64,000 bases of DNA from an uncultured cyanobacterium (GCA_963740315.1 CAVUDP010000002.1:3680001-3744000), one strand, 5' to 3'; counted from the stretch's first letter, positions 22,088 to 33,959 are shown. The notes: generated by a model from the sequence alone, not told the origin. Made by a program: numbers and translations.

Positions 22088-22639
22088 GTGAGTTTCTCTA
22101 CAAAGGCGATCGCGCTTCTGTTATGGATTTTCACAGGAACAGAAAACGTGCCAGATCCCCAGTTACCGTCGAGCTTATTGCAACGAGGCGATCGATACAT
22201 CATTCACCATGAGATTTGGAATGCTCACTCACAAGAGCAATCGATATTTCGCTGGATTATCTGCATCTTTTGTTCACCGGAATTCATTTGGTGGCGAGCT
22301 AAATGACGCAGCACACAAAGATGCGATCGCCCAAAAAAAACTGGACTGTTGCATCTCTCGCAGAACAAGTGCCGATGTCGCGATCGGCATTTGCAGCCCG
22401 ATTCACTCAACTGGTTGGACAACCGCCCATGCAATATCTCACAAAAAAGGCGTATGCTCAAAGCAACAGAACTATTACGCGAAAGTCAGTTAGGACTAAA
22501 AAATGTAGCTACTTTAATCGGATACGAGTCAGAAGTATCTTTCAGTAGAGCATTTAAGCGATGGGCTGGCGTTACTCCTAGTTTCTATCGTCAGGATTGC
22601 TCTGCATCCAAACTATCAACATCTTCTTCTGCTGAATAA
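22088..22639 (+). pseudogene. Degraded AraC-family transcriptional regulator
   Basis: HTH1 NWTVASLAEQVPMSRSAFAARFTQLVGQPPMQYLT and HTH2 RMLKATELLRES...GYESEVSFSRAFKRWAGVTP lie in different frames; N-terminal domain fragmented. Confidence 0.85.
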
Positions 22640-22837
22640 TCTTCTTATTAATCCTTGTTTGACAACAATTAAGTTCACGAATTGTCACCTCTACAGATTA
22701 AAACCCTATAATTATAAAGTTCGATTGGAAAGTAATCTTGAGTAAAACTAATGCATCCAAAATAGAGAGCGTTGCAATTCTCCACTAGAATCACAACGCT
22801 CTCCGATAATTGGTTCTCAAAGCCCTAACTATAAGAT

Positions 22838-23173
22838 TTAACGATTAAAAGAAATTGAATCTTCTACAGAACTAATTTTAGTCACGCTTGCACCATCGCT
22901 TGTTCCAGAAACTGCCGGAAGCTGTTCGGGAAATCTTCTAGGTCTTCCTGGTTTACGCTTGTGCCTTTGATTAATTGATTTTTCGCTTGCTTCCGCCAAC
23001 TCTTCTGGCGTGCATTTAAATAGGCGCAAGGCATCCCAGTATTTTTTCGGTGTCATAGTTGGTTCTGTTCGCCCTGCTTCCCAGTTGCGAACGCTAGTTT
23101 CACTGATTGCAAGCCTGAAGGCAACTTCTGCGCGGCTGAGTCCAGCACGTTCTCTCAGGACTTGCATATCCAT
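22838..23173 (-). CDS. XRE/Cro-C1 HTH transcriptional regulator with AT-hook-like tail
   Basis: LRERAGLSRAEVAFRLAISETSVRNWEAGRTEP; RKPGRPRR. Confidence 0.88.
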   Translation of the reverse strand: MDMQVLRERAGLSRAEVAFRLAISETSVRNWEAGRTEPTMTPKKYWDALRLFKCTPEELAEASEKSINQRHKRKPGRPRRFPEQLPAVSGTSDGASVTKISSVEDSISFNR

Positions 23174-23562
23174 ATCTCAATGCTCCCTTTTCAAAAATCA
23201 TTAATTAGGTTTATTAAATCAATTGACATTAACAATGCCAACTGAAAATTATTTGTTAACTATATTATTTTATAAGATATTGTATCCCCGCATGACAATC
23301 TAACCATACTGCAATCTTGTTGAATCTTCTGCAAACTTTTTTTTATATTTAATATCTATAAATAGGTAGATGTTTAAAATGCATTTATAATTTTTCTGCT
23401 AATTTTTTCAGCTTGTACTTATCAATTTTTCAATTCTAATAATTATTAAATATATAAATAGTCGTAAATACTAAATAAATACCAGATTATTAAATTAATA
23501 ATTCTTGATAACTCGACGCAAAATTTTACGTCGAGAAATCTTTCATTTTGCTTAGGAAGGAC

Positions 23563-24543
23563 TTATCCCAACCATCGAGCTGCATCTTTAGCGTGGTAGG
23601 TTAAAATCAAATCGGCACCGGCACGCTTAAAGCTGGTTAAAGTTTCCAGTACAACTCGCTCTTCGTCAATCCAACCATTGAGGGCTGCGGCTTTAATCAT
23701 AGAATACTCGCCGGAAACGTTGTAAGCCGCAACTGGCAGATTACAAGCCCCTTTGACGCGCCAAATTATATCCATATACGACAAAGCAGGTTTGACCATT
23801 AGCATATCAGCCCCTTCAGCAATATCTAATTCGATTTCTTTGATGGCTTCGCGGGAGTTGCTAGGGTCCATCTGATAAGTTCTGCGATCGCCAAATTGCG
23901 GAGATGAATCGGCTGCATCGCGGAATGGTCCGTAGTACGCAGAAGCATATTTGGCAGCGTAAGACATAATCGGCGTATCTTGAAAACCAGCTTCATCTAA
24001 GCCCGTGCGAATGGCTTGCACAAAACCGTCCATCATTCCGGAAGGGGCAATGATATCAGCACCGGCTTTAGCTTGGGATACCGCTGTTTTTTTGAGCAAT
24101 TCTAAAGTCGGATCGTTCAAAACTCTCCCGCTCAAATCGCCTACTTCTAAATAACCGCAGTGACCGTGACTGGTATACTCGCATAAGCAAGTGTCAGCAA
24201 TTACAATTAAATCCGGTACTGCTTCTTTGATAGCGGTAGAAGCTTTTTGAACGATACCGCAATCGTGCCAAGCACCCGTGGCTTCGACATCTTTATCTTC
24301 GGGAATACCAAACAAAATAACACCCGGAATTCCTAATTCGTAAACTTCCTTTGCTTCTTCGACAATTTTGTCAACAGAAAGCTGAAAAACTCCCGGCATC
24401 GATTTTACTTCATTAGCTATACCAACACCGGGTACGGCAAACAAAGGATAAATTAAATCGCTCGCAGTCAATACGGTTTCGCGTACCATCCGACGCAATT
24501 GAGGATGGGTACGCAAACGACGGGGACGATGGGTAGGAAACAT
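23563..24543 (-). CDS. hemB: Porphobilinogen synthase
   Basis: [46 protein letters not shown]. Confidence 0.98.
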   Translation of the reverse strand: MFPTHRPRRLRTHPQLRRMVRETVLTASDLIYPLFAVPGVGIANEVKSMPGVFQLSVDKIVEEAKEVYELGIPGVILFGIPEDKDVEATGAWHDCGIVQKASTAIKEAVPDLIVIADTCLCEYTSHGHCGYLEVGDLSGRVLNDPTLELLKKTAVSQAKAGADIIAPSGMMDGFVQAIRTGLDEAGFQDTPIMSYAAKYASAYYGPFRDAADSSPQFGDRRTYQMDPSNSREAIKEIELDIAEGADMLMVKPALSYMDIIWRVKGACNLPVAAYNVSGEYSMIKAAALNGWIDEERVVLETLTSFKRAGADLILTYHAKDAARWLG

Positions 24544-25189
24544 AATTTTTATAAACAGTAAAGAAAGCTTTCACGGACAAAATTTAAAGCGTCACAATTA
24601 GCGGGTAAAATTTTACTTCAAAAGGACAAACTACAACCAGCGCTTAACTGTCCTATGCCCTACTGTCTGCGAAGATGTGGGGCAATTTTGTATTTTACCG
24701 TTAACTGTATATATATCCTAATTAAAGGTTAAAAATCTATCGTCAAAATATATTCAATCAATCAATTTTGGCTAGGGTTTATAACTATTTGGTCAATAGA
24801 TTGTAACAATTTGTAATGCTGCGATTAAAAGTAATTTTCCTCCAAAAATAGTTTGGACTTAAGCAAAAAAATCATGTAGCGGTAATTCGCATAGCGCGAG
24901 CTTTGAGCGCCAATATTAACAGTCGTGACAGGGTTCTAACAAGGATTTTGTTACTTGTAATCTGCTGTTTTTTATGCATCAGAAAGCATTCTTGTGAGTG
25001 TTCTGAAGAGGGTTTTTGGTTCAAAGAACGCGCTATGCGATAAATACTAGAATGCAAGTAGTGCAAAACTACATAGAGCCAGATGTGATGAAGTGTGAGG
25101 TATGCAAGTGAAAAGCTTGTGTCGTAATCTTGGCAGCTACTTGCTTTTGCTAGGTTTAAGTATGTCCCTTTTGTACTAGATAACTTTGT

Positions 25190-25531
25190 CTAGACAATTC
25201 TAAATATAAAGGGATAGCGAAAAGGTTTATCCGAATCTCCTAAAACATGGGAAAGCGCCCAAATAGTGAATCCCCAATGGACGAGAACCCATATACCTAG
25301 TAGAAATCCTAGCAAACCGAAAGTAACCGCGACCACTACTCCAATAATTATTCCAACGAGCCAAACATTTAAATGGAAATTGATCGCTTCTTTGGCATTT
25401 CCCTTCACAACTGGATCTTGAGTTGTAAAAAGTATCACAATGGGAATGGCAATTGATATCACTGTAGAGCTAAAGAAAATCGCTCCATGAGACAGTGCCG
25501 ATAAAAGCTTTCTACTGTCGGTGTCGTACAT
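25190..25531 (-). CDS. DUF4870/Tic20-like membrane protein
   Basis: LSALSHG..., DPVVKGNAKEAINF, FRYPFIFR; three hydrophobic segments. Confidence 0.8.
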   Translation of the reverse strand: MYDTDSRKLLSALSHGAIFFSSTVISIAIPIVILFTTQDPVVKGNAKEAINFHLNVWLVGIIIGVVVAVTFGLLGFLLGIWVLVHWGFTIWALSHVLGDSDKPFRYPFIFRIV

Positions 25532-25665
25532 TTTTCCTCCCCTGACATTGAGCTTTTGGATTATATAACGAACCTATAACCTTAATAGTTGTCTTAAGAT
25601 TAAAAGACTCGCGCAAAATTTGAAAAAGCTAAGTTTTAGTTAGAATACAATCAAACAAATACCTT

Positions 25666-27282
25666 ATGTCAACTGAACTTGAGAAAGAAATTTACGAAGA
25701 AGTTGAACGCCGTCGCAATTTTGCCATCATTTCTCACCCGGATGCTGGTAAGACTACTCTGACTGAAAAGTTACTACTGTACGGAGGTGCGATACATGAA
25801 GCCGGTTCCGTAAAAGCTAGACGAGCGCAGCGTAAGGCGACTTCTGACTGGATGGCAATGGAGCAGCAAAGGGGTATTTCTATTACCTCAACGGTATTGC
25901 AGTTCGAGTACAAAAAATGTCAAATAAATTTATTAGATACTCCCGGACACCAAGACTTTAGTGAAGATACATATCGAACTCTGAGCGCTGCCGATAATGC
26001 AGTAATGTTGATTGACGTAGCAAAAGGTTTGGAACCCCAGACGCGAAAATTATTTGAAGTATGTAAAATGCGGGGTATTCCAATTTTTACTTTCATAAAT
26101 AAACTCGATCGCCCCGGAAGAGAACCGCTAGAACTTTTAGACGAAATTGAGCAAGAATTAAATTTACAAACTTATGCGGTAAACTGGCCTATCGGTATGG
26201 GCGATCGCTTTAAAGGCGTATTTGACCGTCAAGAGCAAAAAATCCATTTATTTGAAAGAAGTGCCCACGGAAGCAAAGAAGCAGCAAATACAATAGTTGA
26301 TTTGGGCGATGCCAAAATAGAAGAACTTTTGGAACAGGATCTTTATCATCAACTTAAAGATGATTTGGAACTGTTGGATGGAGTCGGACCGGAATTAGAT
26401 ATGGAGTTGATACATCAAGGAAAAATGACTCCGGTGTTTTTCGGTTCGGCGATGACTAATTTTGGTGTAGAGTTATTCCTGAAGAATTTTCTCCAATACG
26501 CTCTTAAGCCCGGTTCTCACTCCAGCAGTTTAGGTGAAGTTCCCCCCACTTACCCAGATTTTTCCGGTTTTGTATTCAAGCTGCAAGCGAATATGGACCC
26601 CAAACATCGCGATCGCGTTGCTTTTATCCGCGTATGTACGGGTCGATTTGAAAAAGATATGACAGTCAATCACGCCCGTACTGGTAAAAACGTGCGTTTA
26701 TCTCGTCCGCAAAAACTATTTGCCCAAGAACGTGAATCTATTGATGAAGCTTATCCGGGAGATATTATTGGTTTAAATAATCCCGGTGTTTTTGCAATTG
26801 GCGATACAATTTACACTGGTAAAAAATTAGAATATGAGGGTATTCCCTATTTTTCACCGGAGTTGTTTGCAATTTTAAGAAATCCTAATCCTTCAAAATT
26901 TAAGCAATTTCAGAAAGGTGTAACGGAATTGCGCGAAGAAGGAGCGGTGCAAATTATGTACTCGGTGGATGAATCCAAACGCGATCCAGTTTTGGCAGCA
27001 GTCGGTCAGTTACAGTTGGAAGTTGTACAGTACCGTTTGGAAAACGAGTATGGTGTAGAAACTCGTTTAGAATACTTGCCTTACAGCGTTGCCCGTTGGG
27101 TGGAAGGCGGTTGGGAAGCCTTGGAAAAAGTGGGACGTTTGTTCAACACTACCACCATGAAAGATAGTATGGGACGACCTGTATTATTATTTCGCAATGA
27201 ATGGAATACCAATCAATTAAAGCAAGATCATCCGGAATTAAAATTAAATGCTATAGCTCCCGTGTCCGGACAATCAACGTAA
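25666..27282 (+). CDS. prfC: Peptide chain release factor 3
   Basis: [45 protein letters not shown]. Confidence 0.98.
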   Translation: MSTELEKEIYEEVERRRNFAIISHPDAGKTTLTEKLLLYGGAIHEAGSVKARRAQRKATSDWMAMEQQRGISITSTVLQFEYKKCQINLLDTPGHQDFSEDTYRTLSAADNAVMLIDVAKGLEPQTRKLFEVCKMRGIPIFTFINKLDRPGREPLELLDEIEQELNLQTYAVNWPIGMGDRFKGVFDRQEQKIHLFERSAHGSKEAANTIVDLGDAKIEELLEQDLYHQLKDDLELLDGVGPELDMELIHQGKMTPVFFGSAMTNFGVELFLKNFLQYALKPGSHSSSLGEVPPTYPDFSGFVFKLQANMDPKHRDRVAFIRVCTGRFEKDMTVNHARTGKNVRLSRPQKLFAQERESIDEAYPGDIIGLNNPGVFAIGDTIYTGKKLEYEGIPYFSPELFAILRNPNPSKFKQFQKGVTELREEGAVQIMYSVDESKRDPVLAAVGQLQLEVVQYRLENEYGVETRLEYLPYSVARWVEGGWEALEKVGRLFNTTTMKDSMGRPVLLFRNEWNTNQLKQDHPELKLNAIAPVSGQST

Positions 27283-27414
27283 TGGCGCTTCCCGTTATGC
27301 GATCGCTATAGACGGGCTACACAGCCCGTTTGTCAATAGTAGTCTTCATACTTCATAAAAAAGTATAATCCAAAATTTAAAATCCAAAATCGCTCGTGTA
27401 ACTATTTTTAAAAT

Positions 27415-29688
27415 ATGCTTTTGCAGAGAATCTCTATGTCTTCACATTCCAAATCATCTTTAGAGGCTGGCTTAGCTGCCCTTAAGCAAGAAGATTACCG
27501 TACAGCAAAAATCATCTTAGAAGACGTTGCATCTAGGGATAATGATATAAATAAAAGTTTACAAGCCCAAGTAGGATTAGTAATCGCTTATTCTAAAAGT
27601 GGCGAAATTGAAATGGCGATCGCGGTGTGTGAATCTCTGACTCAAAGCGATCGTTCTCAAGTTCAACAGTGGGCATCCAAATCTTTAAAACAATTAAGAA
27701 AAAAGAAGAGCGCCCATAACACAGAACCAAAATCAACTGGATTTGTTGCTTTTGAATCGAACGAAGAGGAAGTGGAGGAAAGAAGAGAGGAATTAATTTC
27801 TTTATCTACTCCACCACCTCCACCTCCATCATTTTTAACAACAGAAGCGAAGGAAACTCCCGCACAAACGCAAACAAAATCTCGCGGCGGTGAAATAGTA
27901 AAAGCTTCTCAAGTAGAAAACAACCGATACAATATTCACTCGAATATTCATTGGCGCTTGGGAACAAGGGCGAAAGTATGGCAACCTCTACCAAAACCGA
28001 ATATCAAGTCTATTCGCTTGCAATTGCTGGGAATTGGAACTTTCATTGCTTTGTTTTGGCTGGTGCAGTTGCAATTAAAGCTAGTCACGAAGTTAATCAA
28101 CGATATTTTAGTTGCGCTACCATTTTTAAAACCCATACAGTTTTTATACAATTTATATAACAATCCCACCTCATTGCTGCTGGGTGTATTTGTAATATTG
28201 CTGGCTGTTTCGCCCTGGTTGCTTGACTGGCTGCTATGTAATTTTTACGAAAAAAAAACTTTATCAAAAGACACTTTAAACACATATTCTCGCGAATCCT
28301 TGCGAGTATTGCAACGCTATTGCCAACCGCGAGGCTGGCAGTTACCAAAATTAGGAATTTTACCTATAGCATCACCAATAGCATTTACTTACGGTCATTT
28401 ACCCCGCACCGCTCGAATTGTAGTTAGTCAGGGACTTTTAGAACAGTTAGCTCCAGATGAAATCGCCACCATTATTGCTTCTCAATTGGGGCAAATTGCT
28501 CGTATAGATTGTGCAGTCATGTCTTTAATGCTATCGGTAACAATTCCGGTTTATAAACTATATCAACTGATTTGCCAACAAGCCGATAAAATATCCAACC
28601 GAATCGCACGCACGGTTGTAGGAATTATCGGTAATAGCGTTTATGGAATTTGGTGTTTGCTTACGGGAACTGGTTTATGGTTGTCCCGAAGAAGAATTTA
28701 CTCTCTCGATCGAATTGGCGCGGAAGTCACCGGAAACCCCAACGCATTAATTCGCGCTTTGCTCAAAATTGCCATTGGTACTGCCTCCGATATCGGCAAA
28801 AAACAGCAAACACCTTGGCAGTTGGAAAGTTTAAACCTATTAATACCAGTTGGTTACAAGCAAAGTTTATGGTTGGGTAGCATTGCTCCAAACACCACCT
28901 TTGAATCATTGTTGATGTGGGATTATCTCAATCCTTACCGTCAATGGTTTGTAATTAACAACAGCCATCCCTTGATGGGAGAACGCTTGCTTCAATTGTG
29001 CAAAATCGCTCGTTACTGGCACGTTGAGCCTGAAGTATATCTAGAAAGTCAGCAGTCTTTAAAGTTAAAGCGGCAGTCATTTTTGTTGCAAATTGCTCCT
29101 TTTTTAGGCATTTCGATCGGTACAGCATTTGCCTTATTTTTCTGGCTGGCTTGGATTGCAGTATTTGGGCTGCATTTAATCAACCTCAAGTGGATATACG
29201 ACGATTGGCAATTCGTTACAGGTTTTATGCTTATCGGTTTTAGCATCGGTAATTTAATCAGAACTAATTCCCTTTTTGCTAATATCAAAACCACCCAAAT
29301 CGTACAAGCCTCGGAGTCATTACCAGAGTTGTTAACAAATCCAGCTGCTTTACCTATAGACAGTACCGCCGTGGAACTTTCAGGAAAATTATTAGGTCAT
29401 CGCGGTAGCAGCAACTATTTAGGACAAGATTTAATTCTCGAAGTTGGAAATAGTTTGGTGAAATTACATCATGTTTCTTGGTTGGGACAATCTGTTAATG
29501 CTCAAGACTTTATCGGCAGAAAAGTTTCCGTCACTGGCTGGTTGCGACGAGGTGCAACACCTTGGTTGGACATTCAAACTTTAAAAACCCAAAGTGGCAA
29601 AATGGTCAACAGTCCTCATCCTATTTGGTCTACCATTTTGACAGTAGCTGCTTTTGCTTGGGGTGTTTACATTGTTTTAACTGGCTAA
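27415..29688 (+). CDS. TPR plus M48 peptidase-like membrane protein; metal-binding motif degenerate
   Basis: N-terminal TPR helices; PIAFTYG..RIVVSQGLL..DEIATIIASQLGQI; GNPNALIRAL, SHPLMGERL. Confidence 0.8.
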   Translation: MLLQRISMSSHSKSSLEAGLAALKQEDYRTAKIILEDVASRDNDINKSLQAQVGLVIAYSKSGEIEMAIAVCESLTQSDRSQVQQWASKSLKQLRKKKSAHNTEPKSTGFVAFESNEEEVEERREELISLSTPPPPPPSFLTTEAKETPAQTQTKSRGGEIVKASQVENNRYNIHSNIHWRLGTRAKVWQPLPKPNIKSIRLQLLGIGTFIALFWLVQLQLKLVTKLINDILVALPFLKPIQFLYNLYNNPTSLLLGVFVILLAVSPWLLDWLLCNFYEKKTLSKDTLNTYSRESLRVLQRYCQPRGWQLPKLGILPIASPIAFTYGHLPRTARIVVSQGLLEQLAPDEIATIIASQLGQIARIDCAVMSLMLSVTIPVYKLYQLICQQADKISNRIARTVVGIIGNSVYGIWCLLTGTGLWLSRRRIYSLDRIGAEVTGNPNALIRALLKIAIGTASDIGKKQQTPWQLESLNLLIPVGYKQSLWLGSIAPNTTFESLLMWDYLNPYRQWFVINNSHPLMGERLLQLCKIARYWHVEPEVYLESQQSLKLKRQSFLLQIAPFLGISIGTAFALFFWLAWIAVFGLHLINLKWIYDDWQFVTGFMLIGFSIGNLIRTNSLFANIKTTQIVQASESLPELLTNPAALPIDSTAVELSGKLLGHRGSSNYLGQDLILEVGNSLVKLHHVSWLGQSVNAQDFIGRKVSVTGWLRRGATPWLDIQTLKTQSGKMVNSPHPIWSTILTVAAFAWGVYIVLTG

Positions 29689-29908
29689 GAATGCGATCGG
29701 CGATTATCATATTTTTTCGATTATTTAACTCCTTCACACTATCTTCAAACAATTTTGTAAACAAAAGTTGCGAAATCTCAAACAAAGTGTTACATTTATT
29801 AACAATAATCGATGCAACCCAAATGACGATGATTAAATTTTAGTTGATGTATAAGGCTGCTAGCGTTATTGCATCCCCTTTCTAGTCTTTTCAACACAGC
29901 AGTAAATC

Positions 29909-29930
29909 AACCAGCCGCTGGCTGGTTTTT
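29909..29930 (+). terminator. Rho-independent terminator
   Basis: AACCAGCC-GCT-GGCTGGTT followed by a T-run. Confidence 0.75.
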
Positions 29931-30337
29931 GTTTCCAAAAGGGGTCAGCTTCATCAAAACAATGTATTTTATGCTACTATGCATTAAAAGTTGGGTTAGA
30001 AATGTGTGTGTTGAACTAGCTGTGCTTAAAATACCGTGATATTGTAGGAAATGGTGTTTAAATCTTCATAACATTCATAGCATTGAATAAGTTTTGTTTT
30101 GCTAGAAATATAATGCAGAATTTAGAATTTTTGGAATTAAGGTGTTTGTGCTATTGAGCGCAAGCTTTTGCATAAAAAAATTAGCTTGGGGAAAAAACTG
30201 TATTGTAAAGATTGACAGTTTAGAGTAAAAAGATGATTTACGACGATGTTAGTCAATAACATATGTCTGTCATCTATAAAACCAAGTTTTTGTTTTAAAC
30301 CCGCTCCTAATCATCTAACTATATTGGAGGTTCTTTC

Positions 30338-30832
30338 ATGTCCATTCGCCTATACATAGGCAATTTGCCCAAAGAAGAAATAGATAAAACTGAATTGCAA
30401 GCAGTTTTTGCTGAAGAAGGTAGCAGTATTACTACTAAGTTAATCAAAGACCGTAAGACTGGCAAATGTCGCGGCTTCGGTTTTATGACTGTAAACAACG
30501 ACGAACAAGCCGACCAAATTATTGAAAAATATAACGGTCTAATGTTCAAAGAATCTCCGATTAAATTGGAGAAAGCATTACCTCGCAGCAAGAGTAGTGA
30601 AGAAGGAGAAGAGCAGCAGCAAGCTCCTAAAGCATCGACACCAACTCCTGCTGGTACTGCTCCTAGTAATGCTGGAACTGGAAAGAATAAGAAGAAAGCT
30701 CGTCGCGGTGGTGCCCAAAAAGACACCAGTACCACGAGTACTTCTTCGCAAGATGGGGTTAATCCAGATCCTCGCTGGGCTGCGGAGTTAGAAAAGCTAA
30801 AGCAAATGCTTGCCGCGCAGACTACCAACTAA
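30338..30832 (+). CDS. RRM-domain RNA-binding protein (long C-terminal type)
   Basis: RNP2 LYIGNL, RNP1 RGFGFMTV, C-terminal PDPRWA. Confidence 0.92.
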   Translation: MSIRLYIGNLPKEEIDKTELQAVFAEEGSSITTKLIKDRKTGKCRGFGFMTVNNDEQADQIIEKYNGLMFKESPIKLEKALPRSKSSEEGEEQQQAPKASTPTPAGTAPSNAGTGKNKKKARRGGAQKDTSTTSTSSQDGVNPDPRWAAELEKLKQMLAAQTTN

Positions 30833-30977
30833 TTCACCAGGAGAGAATATTAAAAATCAAAAGTCAAAGCAAATGATTTTTAATTTTTAATGGATTCGTA
30901 TTTCCTTTAGCCTGATGGAGGAATGCTGGGAAAACTTGTCAGTTCAATTTCTCCCTACCATAAATGGACGGGGAACA

Positions 30978-31030
30978 AGAGCCTTTGCTAGATGGCGCGA
31001 TCGATCCACGCCACTAAGCAAAGGCTTTTT
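30978..31030 (+). terminator. Long hairpin terminator downstream of the RRM gene
   Basis: AAGAGCCTTTGCT..TGGCG....CGCCA..AGCAAAGGCTTTTT. Confidence 0.65.
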
Positions 31031-31088
31031 GGTTTTGGTGTTTCAGATGTGAAATCTGGTTGGTAGTGAAAGTCAAAACAATATTGAC

Positions 31089-31344
31089 TGCGAAAAATTC
31101 CCGTGACTTCCGATTTCCACCGCCCTATAAATAGACGCGGCTATCATCTTCATAGAATATCAGGTGTCGGATTCCTGCTGTTGAAATTGCCAGGGAGATT
31201 ATTCCTAAATCAACACTTAGGTATGGATGTTTTGACGACTCGAACAGGTGGGATAAATCCCGCATAGTGGCTTTAGTCTAACGACTCACTTCGTGAACAT
31301 CCCCGACATAAATGCATAGGGCTTTCATCCTACTTTTTTATCAA
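31089..31344 (+). mobile_element. ORF-less IS200/IS605-family miniature element, possibly retaining a TnpB-type right-end RNA
   Basis: Preceded by TTGAC (31084-31088); subterminal hairpin-like CCGCCCTATAAATAGACGCGG; 3' block CGACTCACTTCGTGAACATCCCC..GGGCTTTCATCCTACTTTTTTA ending in TCAA, the usual IS605 right-end tetranucleotide. Confidence 0.55.
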
Positions 31345-32032
31345 AATATCTATTGAATTATAAATAGGTAATAAAAATCATCCTAAAGGTAGATACCTAA
31401 ATATTATTACTTAGTTGAGCATTGGCGTTCATAGAGCATGAACCATTGCTAAATCATATAATATACATATTTTTCTCAACTATTTAATGTTTTTCTTAAT
31501 ACATAACTCTTGCGTAAGCTATTTTCTGTAAGTACTTACTAAAAAGTAGTTAAAGGTACAACTTTCTTTGAGTATTTTGCTATGTATACTAAAATACATA
31601 CTGCTAACGAACCCATTCACGATCTTGTATCTATAAAACGAGCGTTGATTTACTTTTTTCAATTTAATTATGCAAGTATTTATGCTTACTTAATAGTTGT
31701 AAATAGGAGAAATTAAATACCATCTTCATAATTTAATTAAATAAGTCCGTGTTTAAAATGATACTTTACTTAAAAGATTTAGTAAGAATTTGGACTTAAA
31801 ATATGACGTATTACAAGCAATAAGGGATAAAAATATAGCCTTCATAGAATTAGAACAATCAATAATATTACTGAAACTGCATGAGTAAAAGTAATAGCAG
31901 AGATGTAAAAAAAATCGCATATTAAATTAAAATAAAAGTTACATAAACATTTACAACGATTTTGGTCTTAAGGGTTGACGCGAATCTACGCAGTTACTCT
32001 TTGGATCGATCGCATATCTTAACCAACAAACT

Positions 32033-33301
32033 ATGAACCTTGCAACAGAACAACGCATCGCCTTGATTAGTGTCCACGGCGATCCAGCGATTGAAATAGG
32101 TAAGGAAGAAGCTGGAGGGCAAAACGTTTACGTTCGTCATGTAGGGGAAGCACTGGCTGAACTTGGATGGCAAGTTGATATGTTTACCCGCAAAGTTGAT
32201 GTAGAGCAGGAAGATATTGTTTGGCATTCTCCTAATTGTCGAACAATTCGTTTGAAAGCTGGTAATGTTGATTTTGTGCCACGAGACAATCTTTTTGGGC
32301 ATTTACCAGAATTTGTAGATAATTTTCTAAAATTTCAAGAAGACAACGGAATTATATATAATTTGATTCATACCAATTACTGGCTTTCTAGTTGGGTTGG
32401 TATGCAGTTAAGACAAAAACAAGAAATTCAACAAGTACATACATATCATTCTCTAGGAGCAGTTAAATACAATACTGTAAAAACTGTTCCTTTAGTTGCT
32501 AGTACCCGCCTGGGAACGGAAAAACTGGTATTAGAAACGGCACAAAGAGTTGTTGCAACTTCGCCGCAAGAACAAGAACATATGCGTACCCTTGTTTCAA
32601 CAAAAGGAAATATTGATGTAATTCCTTGCGGTACGGATATCGAACGCTTTGGTTGTGTTGACAAAAAAACAGCGAGAACCGAACTAGGGATTAATCCCGA
32701 AACTAAGCTAGTAATGTACGTAGGACGTTTCGATCCGCGTAAAGGTATTGAAACCTTGGTACGGGCAGTGGGACAATCTAAATTATTTGGTACCTCCGAC
32801 TTGAAGTTAATGATTTGTGGCGGTAGTCGTGTTGGACACAGTGACGGTGATGAATTCGAGCGAATCAAGAATATCGTTGCGGAATTGGGAATGAGTCAGA
32901 TGACAGAATTTCCCGGTCGTATCAGTCAGGAAGATTTACCATATTATTATGCTGCGGCTGACGTTTGCGTTGTCCCCAGTCATTATGAGCCTTTTGGACT
33001 GGTAGCCATCGAAGCAATGGCGAGCTTTACACCAGTAGTTGCAAGCGATGTTGGTGGACTCCAGTTTACTGTTGTGAATGAAGAAACTGGTTTGTTAGCA
33101 CCACCGCAAGATGCTCCAGCCTTTGCAAATGCGATTGACCGAATTTTACTCGATGCTGCTTGGGGCGAACAATTAGGTAAAGCTGCGAGAAAGCGCGTTG
33201 AAACCAAATTTAGCTGGGATGGGGTTGCAATGCAATTGGGCGAGCTCTACAAAAGTTTATTGCTGCAATCTGTAGAACAGCCTATGTTAGTAAGCAGTTA
33301 A
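32033..33301 (+). CDS. spsB: GT4 glycosyltransferase, probable minimal sucrose-phosphate synthase
   Basis: RIALISVHGDPAIEIGKEEAGGQNVYV, IHTNYW, HTYHSLG, YVGRFDPRKG, YEPFGLVAIEAMA; resembles Nostocales SPS (spsA versus spsB uncertain). Confidence 0.75.
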   Translation: MNLATEQRIALISVHGDPAIEIGKEEAGGQNVYVRHVGEALAELGWQVDMFTRKVDVEQEDIVWHSPNCRTIRLKAGNVDFVPRDNLFGHLPEFVDNFLKFQEDNGIIYNLIHTNYWLSSWVGMQLRQKQEIQQVHTYHSLGAVKYNTVKTVPLVASTRLGTEKLVLETAQRVVATSPQEQEHMRTLVSTKGNIDVIPCGTDIERFGCVDKKTARTELGINPETKLVMYVGRFDPRKGIETLVRAVGQSKLFGTSDLKLMICGGSRVGHSDGDEFERIKNIVAELGMSQMTEFPGRISQEDLPYYYAAADVCVVPSHYEPFGLVAIEAMASFTPVVASDVGGLQFTVVNEETGLLAPPQDAPAFANAIDRILLDAAWGEQLGKAARKRVETKFSWDGVAMQLGELYKSLLLQSVEQPMLVSS

Positions 33302-33959
33302 TAGTTTATAAATATAAAATTTTGGGCAATCGGTAATTGCTTCATGGAATTCACCGCAAGTAATAAGAGTATCTATTGAGCGGCACGAATTCATTTTTTA
33401 CTGGTTGTTATTTCCGATTGCCCATTATCAGTAATTTTGTTGAGAATACTTTCTAAATTTAGATCGGCAAATTCAAAGATCGATTTTTCGATCTTTTTTT
33501 TATAGTAATTAAACGTATAAATTTAAAAATTATATATATTTAACTAATGATATTCTAAGTATTTATATTCAGTAAAAGCTGAAGATACTTAATTTTATAA
33601 TTTTATATAATTATTGATTTTAGGTTTTTTTAAGTATTCTTGCTGAAGAAGTGAAAATACTTAATCTGAAAGAAAAGCTTCAATGAAATAGAGAATTTTC
33701 CCTCGACATTAGACTTAATAGAGTTTTAACTAGATACATAAGCAACTGAAACCTCAGACATAAAATATCTTTTTCATTGCTATCTACTTTTAGAAGAATA
33801 AAATCAATCCTAGAAGTATAAGTAAACGAATTGGATTAATTTAAATACCTGAGACTATTTTCACAACCGTTTATTACCTTAACTTGCTTTCGTGGTTTCA
33901 ATCATGTTTATTTCCACGATTAATTAGTTTTGCAAATCATAACAAAGTAAAAAAATAAA

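Noticed and set aside
30319..30828. 169-aa antisense ORF and similar short antisense ORFs within core genes
   Set aside because: Shadows of well-supported genes on the opposite strand, with no independent motifs.
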